This document shows positions 1-9,296 of a stretch of 32,000 nt of DNA, one piece after another. Numbering within the stretch: position 1 is the first letter of the stretch; the number at the start of each line of letters is the position of its first letter. A program made the position numbers and the translations under genes. Below the pieces are notes generated by a model. That model made no database searches. It worked only from the letters and a program-made list of their open reading frames with translations, and was not told the origin of the DNA. The stretch lies in contig DAOVER010000013.1 of NCBI GenBank assembly GCA_030668875.1, forward strand, positions 30,001 through 62,000. Reading direction: 5' to 3'. The DNA is from Candidatus Heimdallarchaeota archaeon. Lineage in GTDB: Archaea > Asgardarchaeota > Heimdallarchaeia > Heimdallarchaeales > Heimdallarchaeaceae.

Positions 1-266
1 TAGATAAATGGTTTAAAGAAGTATATGACACCTGTGAGGATATATTACCAGCTATTCTGATAGGAAATAAAACTGATGTTCCAGATGAAAGAGAAGTCGA
101 GGAGCAAGAGGTTTTGGATTATGCAGAGAAGAAAAGGAAAGAATTCAAATTGAAGACTCTCCCTTATTATGAAGTTTCTGCAAAAAATGGTCAGAATATC
201 AATGATATTTACTACGAACTTACAAGAATGATGATTGCAAGGTCTATTGAGACTGAATTATCTTAA
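1..266 (+). CDS. C-terminal part of a Ras/Rab-like small GTPase (5'-truncated by window edge; not in ORF track)
   Basis: Manual translation of frame 3 (codons from 3 to TAA at 264-266): DKWFKEVYDTCEDILPAILIGNKTDVPDEREVEEQEVLDYAEKKRKEFKLKTLPYYEVSAKNGQNINDIYYELTRMMIARSIETELS*. Contains G4 (GNKTD) and G5 (EVSAK) motifs with Rab/Ras-like spacing. Confidence 0.9.
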   Translation, partial: DKWFKEVYDTCEDILPAILIGNKTDVPDEREVEEQEVLDYAEKKRKEFKLKTLPYYEVSAKNGQNINDIYYELTRMMIARSIETELS

Positions 267-374
267 CCTCTTTTTAAATTTTCATTACAATTCTTAGATA
301 CATAGCATAAGATTTAATTTGTACATATATGTTTTGCATCATAGATATTTATTTATTTAAAGGAGTAATAGAAA

Positions 375-929
375 TTGGCAGAAATTACTGATGTCCGACT
401 GAATGGCAGGGGCGGACAAGGCGCTGTTACAGCTTCACGTCTTTTAGCCGAAGCAGCAATCTTAGAAAATCAACATGTTCACGCTTTTCCAAATTTTGGA
501 CCAGAGAGAGCAGGAGCGCCTGTAACCTCGTATGCTCGTATATGTTCAGAATCTTTTACGGAAAAAACTGAAGTTTATGAACCTCATATTGTTGTGGTTA
601 TTGATCCCACATTACTCGATGATGTTCCAGTGGCTGATGGTTTGAAAGAGGGAGGTACTATAGTGGTAAATTACGAAGGTCTGAAAGAATCATTGATGAA
701 ATTCTTTGAAGGGTGTCATGCGAACATATACAAGGTTGCAGGTTCCAAAATAGCTATGGAAGAAATTGGTCGCAATGTTCCAAATCTCGTAATGTTAGGG
801 GCATTACTTAAGGTTACCAATTTAGTCAAATTAGAAAGTTTACTCGAAGTTACAACTAAAAGATTTCCAGGTGTATTGGGAGAAAAGAATGTTGTTGCCA
901 TTAAGCGAGCATATGAAGAGGTGGAATAG
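375..929 (+). CDS. porC: Pyruvate/2-ketoisovalerate:ferredoxin oxidoreductase gamma subunit
   Basis: N-terminal GRGGQGAVTA, FPNFGPERAGAPV and NLVMLGAL motifs; TTG start with AGGAG at 361-365; first gene of gamma-delta-alpha-beta order. Confidence 0.93.
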   Translation: MAEITDVRLNGRGGQGAVTASRLLAEAAILENQHVHAFPNFGPERAGAPVTSYARICSESFTEKTEVYEPHIVVVIDPTLLDDVPVADGLKEGGTIVVNYEGLKESLMKFFEGCHANIYKVAGSKIAMEEIGRNVPNLVMLGALLKVTNLVKLESLLEVTTKRFPGVLGEKNVVAIKRAYEEVE

Positions 930-1250
930 ATGGTTGAGAAAGAAGCTCCTAAAGAATTCAAGAAATGGATAAGTGAAAAATGGGGAACCAAAAATCTACC
1001 CCTTGGTGGAACGGTCCCTTTCCATAGTGCGTATGAATATAAAACAGGTGATTGGTCAGCTTTTAAAGCTATAATTGACAAATCAAAATGTATCAGTTGT
1101 ATGAATTGCTTCTATTATTGCCCTGATGCAGCGATAGAAATGGATGACGAGATGAAAGCGATGGTTGACATTAATTATTGTAAAGGCTGTGGTATTTGTA
1201 CAAAGCACTGCCCCGCAGATGCAATAGAGTTGAAAAGATTAACAAGGTGA
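930..1250 (+). CDS. porD: Pyruvate/2-ketoisovalerate:ferredoxin oxidoreductase delta subunit (2x[4Fe-4S])
   Basis: KTGDW motif, then CISCMNCFYYCPD and YCKGCGICTKHCP ferredoxin motifs; starts immediately after the porC stop. Confidence 0.93.
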   Translation: MVEKEAPKEFKKWISEKWGTKNLPLGGTVPFHSAYEYKTGDWSAFKAIIDKSKCISCMNCFYYCPDAAIEMDDEMKAMVDINYCKGCGICTKHCPADAIELKRLTR

Positions 1251-1252
1251 TT

Positions 1253-2437
1253 ATGATGATACGAGAAGTTAGAGGTATGACAGGTGATGAGGCAGTAGCT
1301 CATGCAGTAAAATTAGTTAATCCTGATGTATTAGCAGCGTATCCGATTACACCGCAGACAATAATCGTTGAAAGGTACAGTGATTTTGTCAATAATGGTG
1401 AAGTTGATACCAGCTTTATTCCTGTAGAGTCTGAACATTCCGCAATGTCAGCTTGTGTAGGCGCATCGATAACAGGTGCAAGAGTATTTACAGCAACTGC
1501 TTCTGCAGGACTTGCATTGATGTATGAAATTTTATATGTTGCATCTGGAATGAGGTGTCCAATCGTGCTTGCAGTTGCAAACAGAGCATTTAGTGCACCA
1601 ATTAATATTCATGGAGAATGTACCGATCAATTAGTATGTAGAGATGCTTCATGGGTTTCACTTTTTGGAGAATCAGCACAAGAAGCATATGATGAAACAA
1701 TAATGTCTTTCAAAATAGGCGAACATCCAGATGTTCAATTACCAACAATGTTTGGAATTGAAGGTTTCATCGTTACACATGCTCTGGAAAGAGTAGAAAC
1801 AATGAGCAAATCAGATGTTGAAGATTTTCTCCCAGCTGAAAGAGATACAAAGTATAAATTTGGTCCTGATGAAGTTATGACTTTTGGATCTCTAGTCTTA
1901 CAAGATTACTACATGGAAATAAAGAGACAACAAGAAGAAGCAATGCAAAATGCCTATAGAGTTACAAAAGAGGTTATGGCAGAATTCACTGAATTAACTG
2001 GAAGAAAAATGGAAATTATTGAAAAATACCAACTTGAAGATGCAGAACATGTATTCATCTCTTATGGAGCTACAGCTGGAAATGCTAAAGCAGTAGTAAA
2101 CAAATTAAGAGAGAAGGGAGAAAAAGTAGGAGCACTAAAAATCAGATTACATAGACCATTCCCTATTGATGATATATATGATGCTTTGAAGGGTATAAAA
2201 TCTGCAACAATTCTGGATAGATCTGCTACTTATGGGTCTCCTGGAACTATAGTGCAAGGAGATGTAGCTACGGCATTGTATGGTAAAAAAGACATTCCAT
2301 CTTTGCATGGATTCATCAACGGTTTGGGTGGAAGAGTATTAACTTTACCACAGATTATCGAAGCATATGAAAAAGCAAAAGTTTTGCATGAAGAAGGGAA
2401 AACAATAACCCAAGAGTGGATAGGATTTAGGAGCTAA
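1253..2437 (+). CDS. porA: Pyruvate/2-ketoisovalerate:ferredoxin oxidoreductase alpha subunit
   Basis: GDEAVA, AAYPITPQT, VESEHSAMSACVGAS, TATASAGL motifs. Start moved from the track's 1196 to ATG 1253 (or 1256), which follows an AAGGTGA SD overlapping the porD stop. Confidence 0.93.
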   Translation: MMIREVRGMTGDEAVAHAVKLVNPDVLAAYPITPQTIIVERYSDFVNNGEVDTSFIPVESEHSAMSACVGASITGARVFTATASAGLALMYEILYVASGMRCPIVLAVANRAFSAPINIHGECTDQLVCRDASWVSLFGESAQEAYDETIMSFKIGEHPDVQLPTMFGIEGFIVTHALERVETMSKSDVEDFLPAERDTKYKFGPDEVMTFGSLVLQDYYMEIKRQQEEAMQNAYRVTKEVMAEFTELTGRKMEIIEKYQLEDAEHVFISYGATAGNAKAVVNKLREKGEKVGALKIRLHRPFPIDDIYDALKGIKSATILDRSATYGSPGTIVQGDVATALYGKKDIPSLHGFINGLGGRVLTLPQIIEAYEKAKVLHEEGKTITQEWIGFRS

Positions 2438-2447
2438 GGTGAAGAAA

Positions 2448-3422
2448 ATGTTAGAATTACCAAGTATATCTGTAAAAGACTTACAAGAATGGTCAAAACT
2501 AGGTGAAGTACTGACAAGTGGCCATAGATTATGCTCAGGATGTGGAGCAGGAACAATGGCTAGACAAGTCACGATAGCTGCAAAAGCTCTAGGTGACCCA
2601 ATAATGATAGTAAACGCCACAGGTTGTTTAGAAGTAGCAACAACTATTTATCCTTACACAGCATGGAATGCTCCTTGGCTGCATAATGCTTTCGAAAATG
2701 CACCTGCTACAGCATCTGGCGCAATTGAAGCGATGAAAGTTATGAGAAGGAAGCAAAACAAACCTGACAGAAACGTGAATATGATAATCTTTGGAGGAGA
2801 TGGAGGTACATATGACATTGGTATACAAAGCTTATCTGGAGCTATAGAACGCGGTCATGATTTTCTATATGTTTGTTATAATAATGGAGCCTACATGAAT
2901 ACGGGAATTCAACGTTCTGGGGGCACACCTCAATGTGCTGCTACTACAACTAGTCCCGCTGGAAAGGTTATTCCTGGTAAGATTAAATGGGCTAAACCTT
3001 TGGCTGAAATTATGGCTGCTCATGAAATTCCTGCTTTTACTGCAAGTCCTGCATATGTCAGGGACTTAATGTCTAAAGTTCAAGCTGGCTTAAAACACGA
3101 TGGGCCAGCTTTCTTGTTAGTTGATTCACCTTGTAATTTAGGTCAGAGATATGCACCTGAAATCTCTATAGAAACAACTAAAATCGCAGTAAAATCTTGT
3201 TTCTTCCCACTATACGGCACCTACCTAGGAGACTGGATCTTGACTGGAGAATCTGCAAGAATAGCTAAGAATCCTGATAGAAAAGTCCCAGTTGAGGATT
3301 ATCTTAAACTTCAAGGAAGATTTAGACATTTGTTTAAACCTGAATGGAAGAAGAAATTGTTGGAGATTCAAGAAACAGTAGACGAAAGATGGGAAAGATT
3401 GGTTAAGTTAGCAAACTACTGA
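2448..3422 (+). CDS. porB: Pyruvate/2-ketoisovalerate:ferredoxin oxidoreductase beta subunit (TPP-binding)
   Basis: GHRLCSGCG, ATGCLEV, GGDGGTYDIGIQSLSG...YNNGAYMNTGIQRS TPP-binding motif, SPC. ATG 2448 preferred over GTG 2439 because AGGTGA at 2437-2442 is a well-spaced SD. Confidence 0.93.
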   Translation: MLELPSISVKDLQEWSKLGEVLTSGHRLCSGCGAGTMARQVTIAAKALGDPIMIVNATGCLEVATTIYPYTAWNAPWLHNAFENAPATASGAIEAMKVMRRKQNKPDRNVNMIIFGGDGGTYDIGIQSLSGAIERGHDFLYVCYNNGAYMNTGIQRSGGTPQCAATTTSPAGKVIPGKIKWAKPLAEIMAAHEIPAFTASPAYVRDLMSKVQAGLKHDGPAFLLVDSPCNLGQRYAPEISIETTKIAVKSCFFPLYGTYLGDWILTGESARIAKNPDRKVPVEDYLKLQGRFRHLFKPEWKKKLLEIQETVDERWERLVKLANY

Positions 3423-3433
3423 ACTTGAATATA

Positions 3434-3449
3434 TCTCCCTTTCTTTTTT
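3434..3449 (+). terminator. Pyrimidine/oligo-T tract after porB (archaeal-type terminator)
   Basis: TCTCCCTTTCTTTTTT begins about 12 nt after the porB stop; archaeal termination uses oligo-T tracts. Confidence 0.45.
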
Positions 3450-3597
3450 ATTAGCTTAAATATTGGCTCTTATATTATATATTTTGGATTGATCATGTTC
3501 TGGTCAAGAAATGTTGGGAAATAAGTAAAGAACATTTGATACACATATACAAGGTTTGCTTATTATTTCATTGTATTTTCTCCTTTTTGGAAAATAA

Positions 3598-5031
3598 ATG
3601 GGAAATAATTATAATCTAGATAAAGTTTTGACAATTATGAATTCTACAGCTGAAAAATCTTTGAATATTAAAAGAAAACAAAGACGAATATGGGATATAA
3701 TTCTCTATAGCTCAGCATCTCTTTCTATAGCTTTGCCATATCAGTTCTTTGGAGCAAGATATATCCATTTTTATACAGAAGAGCTAAGAGTTCCTACTTA
3801 TATGGTTACAATCGTGCTTGTAATCTATGGTATCTGGAACGCAGTTAATGATCCACTACTTGGATGGCTATCAGATAGAACAAATACAAGACTGGGTAAA
3901 CGATTCCCATATATTCTGTTTGGTTTTTTACCTTTTTCATTATCTTTTATAGCAGTATGGCTTCCCTCTGCAAGTTGGATAGGTAATGATTGGCTTCTTT
4001 TTGTGTACATGTTGGTAACATTCTTTCTATTTGATGGATTGTTTACTTTGGTAACTATTAATTGGGTTGCTCTGTTTCCTGAAAAGTATAAATCAGTGAA
4101 AGAAAGAAATAACGTATCTGCATTGCGACAACTCTTCTCGATTATAGGATTGGTAGGTGCTTTTATTTTACCACCTATGATCATAGGTGAGTATGGGGAT
4201 TTTGCAGGATATAGAACAGTAGCTTACATTTTAGGTGGGGTTACAGCTGTTAATCTAGGGTTATCACTTTTTGCTTGTAAAGATCCTAAAATAGACGAGG
4301 AGAAAGAAAAGAAGAAATACTCGCTGAAAGAAGCTTTCAAAACTGCACTTAAAAGCAAAAATTTCGTAGGTTTTATGATTGGCAATATGTGTCTTAATTT
4401 AGCTTTTATTACAATGATGGGAATAATTCCATTTTTCAATCAATATGTTTTGAAACAAGAAATGGCAAATGAAACGATCATTAACGCTGCAGCAATAGGA
4501 AGTGCGGTAATATTCGCATTTGTTTGGGCACAAGTATCCATAAGAAAGGGTGCGAAATTTGTTTTTCTATTAAGTGCACTATTCTTTGTTGTTGGTTTAA
4601 TTCCTTTATATTTTGTGACAGACATGACATTTGTCATTATAATTTTGATAATTATCGGTGTGGGTATAGGTGGAATGTTGATGATACCTGATATCCTCAT
4701 TTCAGATGTGATTGATGAAGATGCAGCAAAATTTGGAAAAAGAAGACCTGGATTATTCTTTGGATTTAATGGTTTTGTGATTAGAATTGCTATTGTAATA
4801 CAGGGAGGAACCTTTGGGTTAGTAACAACTTTAACTGGTTTTGATGCCGATTTAAATGTACAAAGTGACACAGCTGTAATAGGGTTGAAAATTCTTCTGG
4901 TAGTTGTACCAATTATCGCTTTGATTCTAGGTGGAGTCGGTATATATTTTCTCTATAATCTAAATAAGAAAAAGGTTGCAGAAATAAAAGAAGAACTAAA
5001 AATTAAAGGTGTGGATAATTCACCACCTTAA
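3598..5031 (+). CDS. MFS transporter, glycoside-pentoside-hexuronide (MelB/GPH-like) family
   Basis: About 12 hydrophobic segments; WNAVNDPLLGWLSDRTNTRLGKRFPY, ERNNVSALRQ and SDVIDEDAAKFGKRRPGLFFG match GPH signatures. True start may be ATG 3637. Confidence 0.88.
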   Translation: MGNNYNLDKVLTIMNSTAEKSLNIKRKQRRIWDIILYSSASLSIALPYQFFGARYIHFYTEELRVPTYMVTIVLVIYGIWNAVNDPLLGWLSDRTNTRLGKRFPYILFGFLPFSLSFIAVWLPSASWIGNDWLLFVYMLVTFFLFDGLFTLVTINWVALFPEKYKSVKERNNVSALRQLFSIIGLVGAFILPPMIIGEYGDFAGYRTVAYILGGVTAVNLGLSLFACKDPKIDEEKEKKKYSLKEAFKTALKSKNFVGFMIGNMCLNLAFITMMGIIPFFNQYVLKQEMANETIINAAAIGSAVIFAFVWAQVSIRKGAKFVFLLSALFFVVGLIPLYFVTDMTFVIIILIIIGVGIGGMLMIPDILISDVIDEDAAKFGKRRPGLFFGFNGFVIRIAIVIQGGTFGLVTTLTGFDADLNVQSDTAVIGLKILLVVVPIIALILGGVGIYFLYNLNKKKVAEIKEELKIKGVDNSPP

Positions 5032-5264
5032 TTTTTTTTCAAGAAAAAAAACCACTTAACTATAAAAGCACCAAGGAAAGAAAGTGACAAAATATGTAAT
5101 CTAAATGCAATTAGATTCGTCGGTTTTTAAAGCGATAAATCTTTTCTTCTCTTGGACATGGCTCACCACTTTGTGGCACAGCTTCATACACCGGATTTTG
5201 GGAGGGAGAACAAACCTTTTTTTATTGAACAGGTTAACTCCCGTAAAGGAACTGATTGTAACTC

Positions 5265-7088
5265 ATGAATAGTAATCAGAATTACAGAAAGAAAACTGGT
5301 GAATTCTACACACCTTCTACAGTTGTAGATTTTATGATAGAGCGGGTATTCAATCAGTTGGTCTCATCTAAGAGAGTAGAACTAGGTAGTTATCAACAAT
5401 TCACCGAATCACTCTCTAAGTTGCGTTTTTGTGATCCTTCAATTGGGACTGGAAACTTCATTTTGGGATTATTGAAGTGGATCTGGAATGTTCTAAAATC
5501 TTATACTAATAACGATGGAAAAATGAAAACTGATTTCTTCTATCACTTTGTAAAAAGTAATATCTTTGGTGTTGAATTCAATTCTAACACGCTAAAAACA
5601 TGCAAAATACGGATTTCCAAAACATATTCCATTTTTCAAGGTGAATCATTTGTCAATTTGAAATGTGGTAATAGTATAATCGATATTGATGCAAAAGATA
5701 TGTTCTCAAGTACTCAAATCTCAAAGATAAAACCATTTTCTTGGAAGGAGAGTTTTAGTGAAATTGACTCCTTTGATGTAATTATTGGTAATCCACCTTA
5801 TTTTAATTTGAAAAAAATTGAGACTAGAACAGAAGATTCGCAACTTCTATTTAATTACTTGAAGACCTCTAATCACTGGAAACATCTATTTCGTGCATCT
5901 TCGGATATATATTATTTCTTTATTGTGAAAGCTTTAAGTTTACTAAAAAACGATGGCATAGTCTCTTTAATCACACCCAATTATTGGATAGAAAATCAGT
6001 ACGCGGATTTGTTAAGATCTGATATATTACGCCATCAAATTTTGGAAATCATTAATCTAGAAGGTATTAAGGTTTTCAAGGATGAAGGTCGATGGTTAAA
6101 TGTCTCTACATGCATATTAACAGCGCAGAAAAGATCATCAAATCAGAATTTTAGATTTGTGAAGAAACTCCCTAAGAATTTTTTTGAACTTAAAAAATCG
6201 AATAGAACATTACCTAGGCATCTTTCCATTAACCAATCCGAACTCAGTACAACTAAATGGATTCTGTCTCGATATCTATCTACAATTAAAAAAATTAGTA
6301 ATAATAGAGAAATGGTTAAACTAGGAGACATTGCTAAGATAGCACAAGGGCTTTCACCTGGTGTAAAAGATGTTTTTGTATTAAATCAACACGAACTGGA
6401 TAGCAATAATATCGAAGAAGATGTCCTAGTTCCCTTCGTAACAAATAAGCACATTCAAAGATGGTTAATCTCTGAGAAGAAAGATTTGAAGGCTATATTG
6501 CCATCTAGAATAATTGATTTATCTGAATATCCAAATACTCAGAGATATCTTACCAAAAACAAATCATTGCTAATGAGGGGACCTGACAGAAAACGACTTA
6601 TGGAAAAGAACAAAATACGCTGGTTTGATTATAGTGTTTATCGAAACCTATCAACCTTCAACAAGTCACAAACAAAAATAATGTGTCCTTATAGGAGTTT
6701 ACTCCCCAAGTTCTCTTTAGATAAGGAGAGGCATTATGGAGCAACTGATATCTATGCTATAGTTCCTAACGATGAGAGAGATACCTTAGCAATCTTAGGA
6801 ATTCTCAATAGTAGTTTCACTGATTTCTGGTTTAGAGAAGCTGGTAAGAAAAAAGGGAAGATGTTAGAATTCTTTAGTTTTCCATTAAAAGGTATTCCCA
6901 TGCCAATTAAAGATGAACGAGCAAAAATCTCTAAGTATGTTAAGCAAATTCTTTCAATACTGAATCAAGAAGACAAACGAGATGGAATACAAATCTCTAA
7001 AATTGAGGAAGAACTCGATTCAGAGCTTGCTCAGATTTATGGCTTAAAGAATGATTTTTTTGCGAAATACTCAAGCAAAAACAAATAA
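5265..7088 (+). CDS. N6-adenine DNA methyltransferase (TaqI/Eco57I-like, gamma-class motif order) with C-terminal target-recognition region
   Basis: GEFYTP, motif I variant DPSIGTGNF, catalytic NPPY, DIYYFFI, LGILNS late motif; no nuclease motif recognised. Confidence 0.88.
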   Translation: MNSNQNYRKKTGEFYTPSTVVDFMIERVFNQLVSSKRVELGSYQQFTESLSKLRFCDPSIGTGNFILGLLKWIWNVLKSYTNNDGKMKTDFFYHFVKSNIFGVEFNSNTLKTCKIRISKTYSIFQGESFVNLKCGNSIIDIDAKDMFSSTQISKIKPFSWKESFSEIDSFDVIIGNPPYFNLKKIETRTEDSQLLFNYLKTSNHWKHLFRASSDIYYFFIVKALSLLKNDGIVSLITPNYWIENQYADLLRSDILRHQILEIINLEGIKVFKDEGRWLNVSTCILTAQKRSSNQNFRFVKKLPKNFFELKKSNRTLPRHLSINQSELSTTKWILSRYLSTIKKISNNREMVKLGDIAKIAQGLSPGVKDVFVLNQHELDSNNIEEDVLVPFVTNKHIQRWLISEKKDLKAILPSRIIDLSEYPNTQRYLTKNKSLLMRGPDRKRLMEKNKIRWFDYSVYRNLSTFNKSQTKIMCPYRSLLPKFSLDKERHYGATDIYAIVPNDERDTLAILGILNSSFTDFWFREAGKKKGKMLEFFSFPLKGIPMPIKDERAKISKYVKQILSILNQEDKRDGIQISKIEEELDSELAQIYGLKNDFFAKYSSKNK

Positions 7089-7098
7089 ACACGATTTT

Positions 7099-7902
7099 TT
7101 AAAGAAAGGAACAAATAATTCTCCATTCTTCATAACCAGCTAGATATAATTTAACATCTGGATAACCCAGTTCTTTCAATACCAGATAAACTAAAGCGGA
7201 TTGGGGAGCTGACTCACAGTAAAGAACAAGTCCTTTGTCTTTTGTAATTTCTTTCTCATGTAGCTCCTTCTGTATACTCTCAAGCTCTTTTAGTATGAAA
7301 TAATCTGGATATTCCTCAAAGACATCTAAATAAAAGAATTGTTTTGCTCCAGGAATGCTTCCCCCTTGTTGGTCATAATCTATAGCATACTCTGATCGAT
7401 TATCGACGAATATACAATCCTCAGAATAAATATTCATTAAAATTTCATCTTTTTTGATATAAATTGAAGGATTTTCTACTGTGAAATCAATGTTACCGGG
7501 AGGATAGAAAGTTGCTTCTGTCGTTAATAATCTGTTTTCCATCTCCCATTTTGATAAAGCACCATCTAATAATTTAACATTGAAGAAACCATAGTAATGA
7601 AAAACCCATACTGCAATAGAGCAATTCAGATTAAAAACATCATCTACAAGAATGAGTATATTGTTATTATTAACTCCCTTCTCTCTCAAAGCAGTAAGGA
7701 TTACTTCTTTGTCTGGAACTACATTGATACCTTCGTCATTCCTTTTTAAGAATAACTCAGAGTTAATGTGGATAGAACCAGCTATGTGACCTTGATCAAA
7801 TTTCTCTTGGGGTCGGAGATCAAGAATCATGTAACTTTCGTCGACTAAAAAATCAGATAAACAATCTGTTGAGACAAAAGTAGAGATTTTGTTTTTAGTC
7901 AT
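7099..7902 (-). CDS. Tandem-domain rhodanese/sulfurtransferase
   Basis: LDLRP...GHIAGS, VKLLDGALSKW, VDNRS..., GSIPGA, active-site Cys in LYCESAPQS, LYLAGYEEW terminus. Confidence 0.88.
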   Translation of the reverse strand: MTKNKISTFVSTDCLSDFLVDESYMILDLRPQEKFDQGHIAGSIHINSELFLKRNDEGINVVPDKEVILTALREKGVNNNNILILVDDVFNLNCSIAVWVFHYYGFFNVKLLDGALSKWEMENRLLTTEATFYPPGNIDFTVENPSIYIKKDEILMNIYSEDCIFVDNRSEYAIDYDQQGGSIPGAKQFFYLDVFEEYPDYFILKELESIQKELHEKEITKDKGLVLYCESAPQSALVYLVLKELGYPDVKLYLAGYEEWRIICSFL

Positions 7903-7947
7903 CTATTATTAAAATTATAATATTTAATTAATAACCTTACTCTAGTA

Positions 7948-8922
7948 CTAACCAGATTTTCTCAGATTATTTAATGTTGCTTGAAAAATCAAGGGTAAGG
8001 CAATAGTAATATCTGATACAACATTGATCATTCTGCTCTCTGATTTCACTTTTCCCCAAGAGATTGCTTCTTCTAGTGATGCACCTGAAAGACCTCCCGT
8101 TTCTACACGATCCATTGTAATTTGTATTGCATAATCAAATGACTTTGGAGACATTAAACGAGACTGAAAAATGTAGTTTTTTGGAACTCCACCTCCAAGG
8201 AAAAATGCTCCTGCTTTTTCTGAATCCCAGGCAAGTCTTTGAATTGAACCTAAGTCATCCATATCATCAATAAGTGTTCTATTAAGTTGGGAAAATAACC
8301 ATAATTGAAGACCTACTACACTATCTGCTAATGCTGGAACATAAATTGGTACTTTGTTATCATATGCAGCTTTAACGAATGAATTCTCGTCATCTAGTTT
8401 TTCTCCTATTAGTTCCATTAGTTTACATGTTGAGATTACCAAAGTATTTGTTTCATCCTTATTATTCTCCCATATTTCTTTGAATATAGGTTGCAGATTA
8501 TCTTCCAATTTCATAAATGATTCATCAGCAACGAATGCATCATATATCCTATCGATAGATTTGTCACGTAACTCTTGATCCGATTCATAAGGAACATGTC
8601 GAACATGTTCCCCTCCAAAGGCTTCAATCAAATCATGAGTAACATTAGCTCCTGTTGAGACAATAACATCTACCATACCTTCAGTAATCATATCAGTCAA
8701 AATCTTTCTCATTCCCCCTGGCACTAAAGCACCAGCAATACCAAGGAAAACTGTAGATTTTTGTTGTATCATCTCTGTATAAATGTCAACAGCTTTAGCA
8801 ATTCTGCCTGGACCGAAAACACCAGAAGAGTGAAATTCTGCTACGAGATCAGAAATAGAATCTTTATCTTTTAGATCAATTGGAGTAACTCTTGGGTATT
8901 TTGTCTTCTTTGATTTCATCAA
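7948..8922 (-). CDS. dhs: Deoxyhypusine synthase family protein
   Basis: GALVPGGMR, STGANVTHD, DRIYD, PALADSVVG, LGGGVPKNY, GGLSGASLEEAISWGK (catalytic Lys context), SDITIALP. Confidence 0.92.
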   Translation of the reverse strand: MMKSKKTKYPRVTPIDLKDKDSISDLVAEFHSSGVFGPGRIAKAVDIYTEMIQQKSTVFLGIAGALVPGGMRKILTDMITEGMVDVIVSTGANVTHDLIEAFGGEHVRHVPYESDQELRDKSIDRIYDAFVADESFMKLEDNLQPIFKEIWENNKDETNTLVISTCKLMELIGEKLDDENSFVKAAYDNKVPIYVPALADSVVGLQLWLFSQLNRTLIDDMDDLGSIQRLAWDSEKAGAFFLGGGVPKNYIFQSRLMSPKSFDYAIQITMDRVETGGLSGASLEEAISWGKVKSESRMINVVSDITIALPLIFQATLNNLRKSG

Positions 8923-8937
8923 TCTCAGAGTGCTGTA

Positions 8938-9216
8938 TTATTTACCTTCTTTAGCCTTTTCGATAAGTAATTCAATTTCTTTTGCCCTAAAAGGAGACTC
9001 CTCTAATTCTGTATGATCAATTGGACAAATATAACGAATATCTTCACCAACTTGAATTGAACCAAGAGGAATTTTACAGATATATACTCTTGCACAAACC
9101 CCGCAGTAAAATGTCGAACGAGTAGCTTCTTCAAAGAGATCTACATCTGTATCAATTGCACAAACTGGACAGGGAAATATACAAATTGTAGGTCGTAGGC
9201 TTTCTTTTTTAGACAT
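8938..9216 (-). CDS. Small Zn-ribbon-type hypothetical protein
   Basis: CPVC...CGVC plus CPIDH; start moved to ATG 9216 (MSKKESLRPT) because the track's extension overlaps the upstream gene and looks non-coding. Confidence 0.65.
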   Translation of the reverse strand: MSKKESLRPTICIFPCPVCAIDTDVDLFEEATRSTFYCGVCARVYICKIPLGSIQVGEDIRYICPIDHTELEESPFRAKEIELLIEKAKEGK

Positions 9217-9296
9217 TAAAGAATCACTCTTTTGAACATTACTCCTAATTGAATAGAATACCACTATAAGATTTATTAAGTTTGGGGAGTAATTGC

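Noticed and set aside
5130-5255. Superficial likeness of the MTase leader to a twister ribozyme (…CCGGAT…GGAGGG) or a purine riboswitch (CCGTAAA)
   Set aside because: The conserved cores (twister UAA…GUCCCAAGC; purine UAUAA…GUUUCUAC) are absent; kept only as an unnamed structured candidate.
5265-7088. Type IIG fused restriction-modification enzyme
   Set aside because: The MTase motifs begin at residue 11, leaving no room for an N-terminal nuclease domain, and no PD-(D/E)xK motif was evident.
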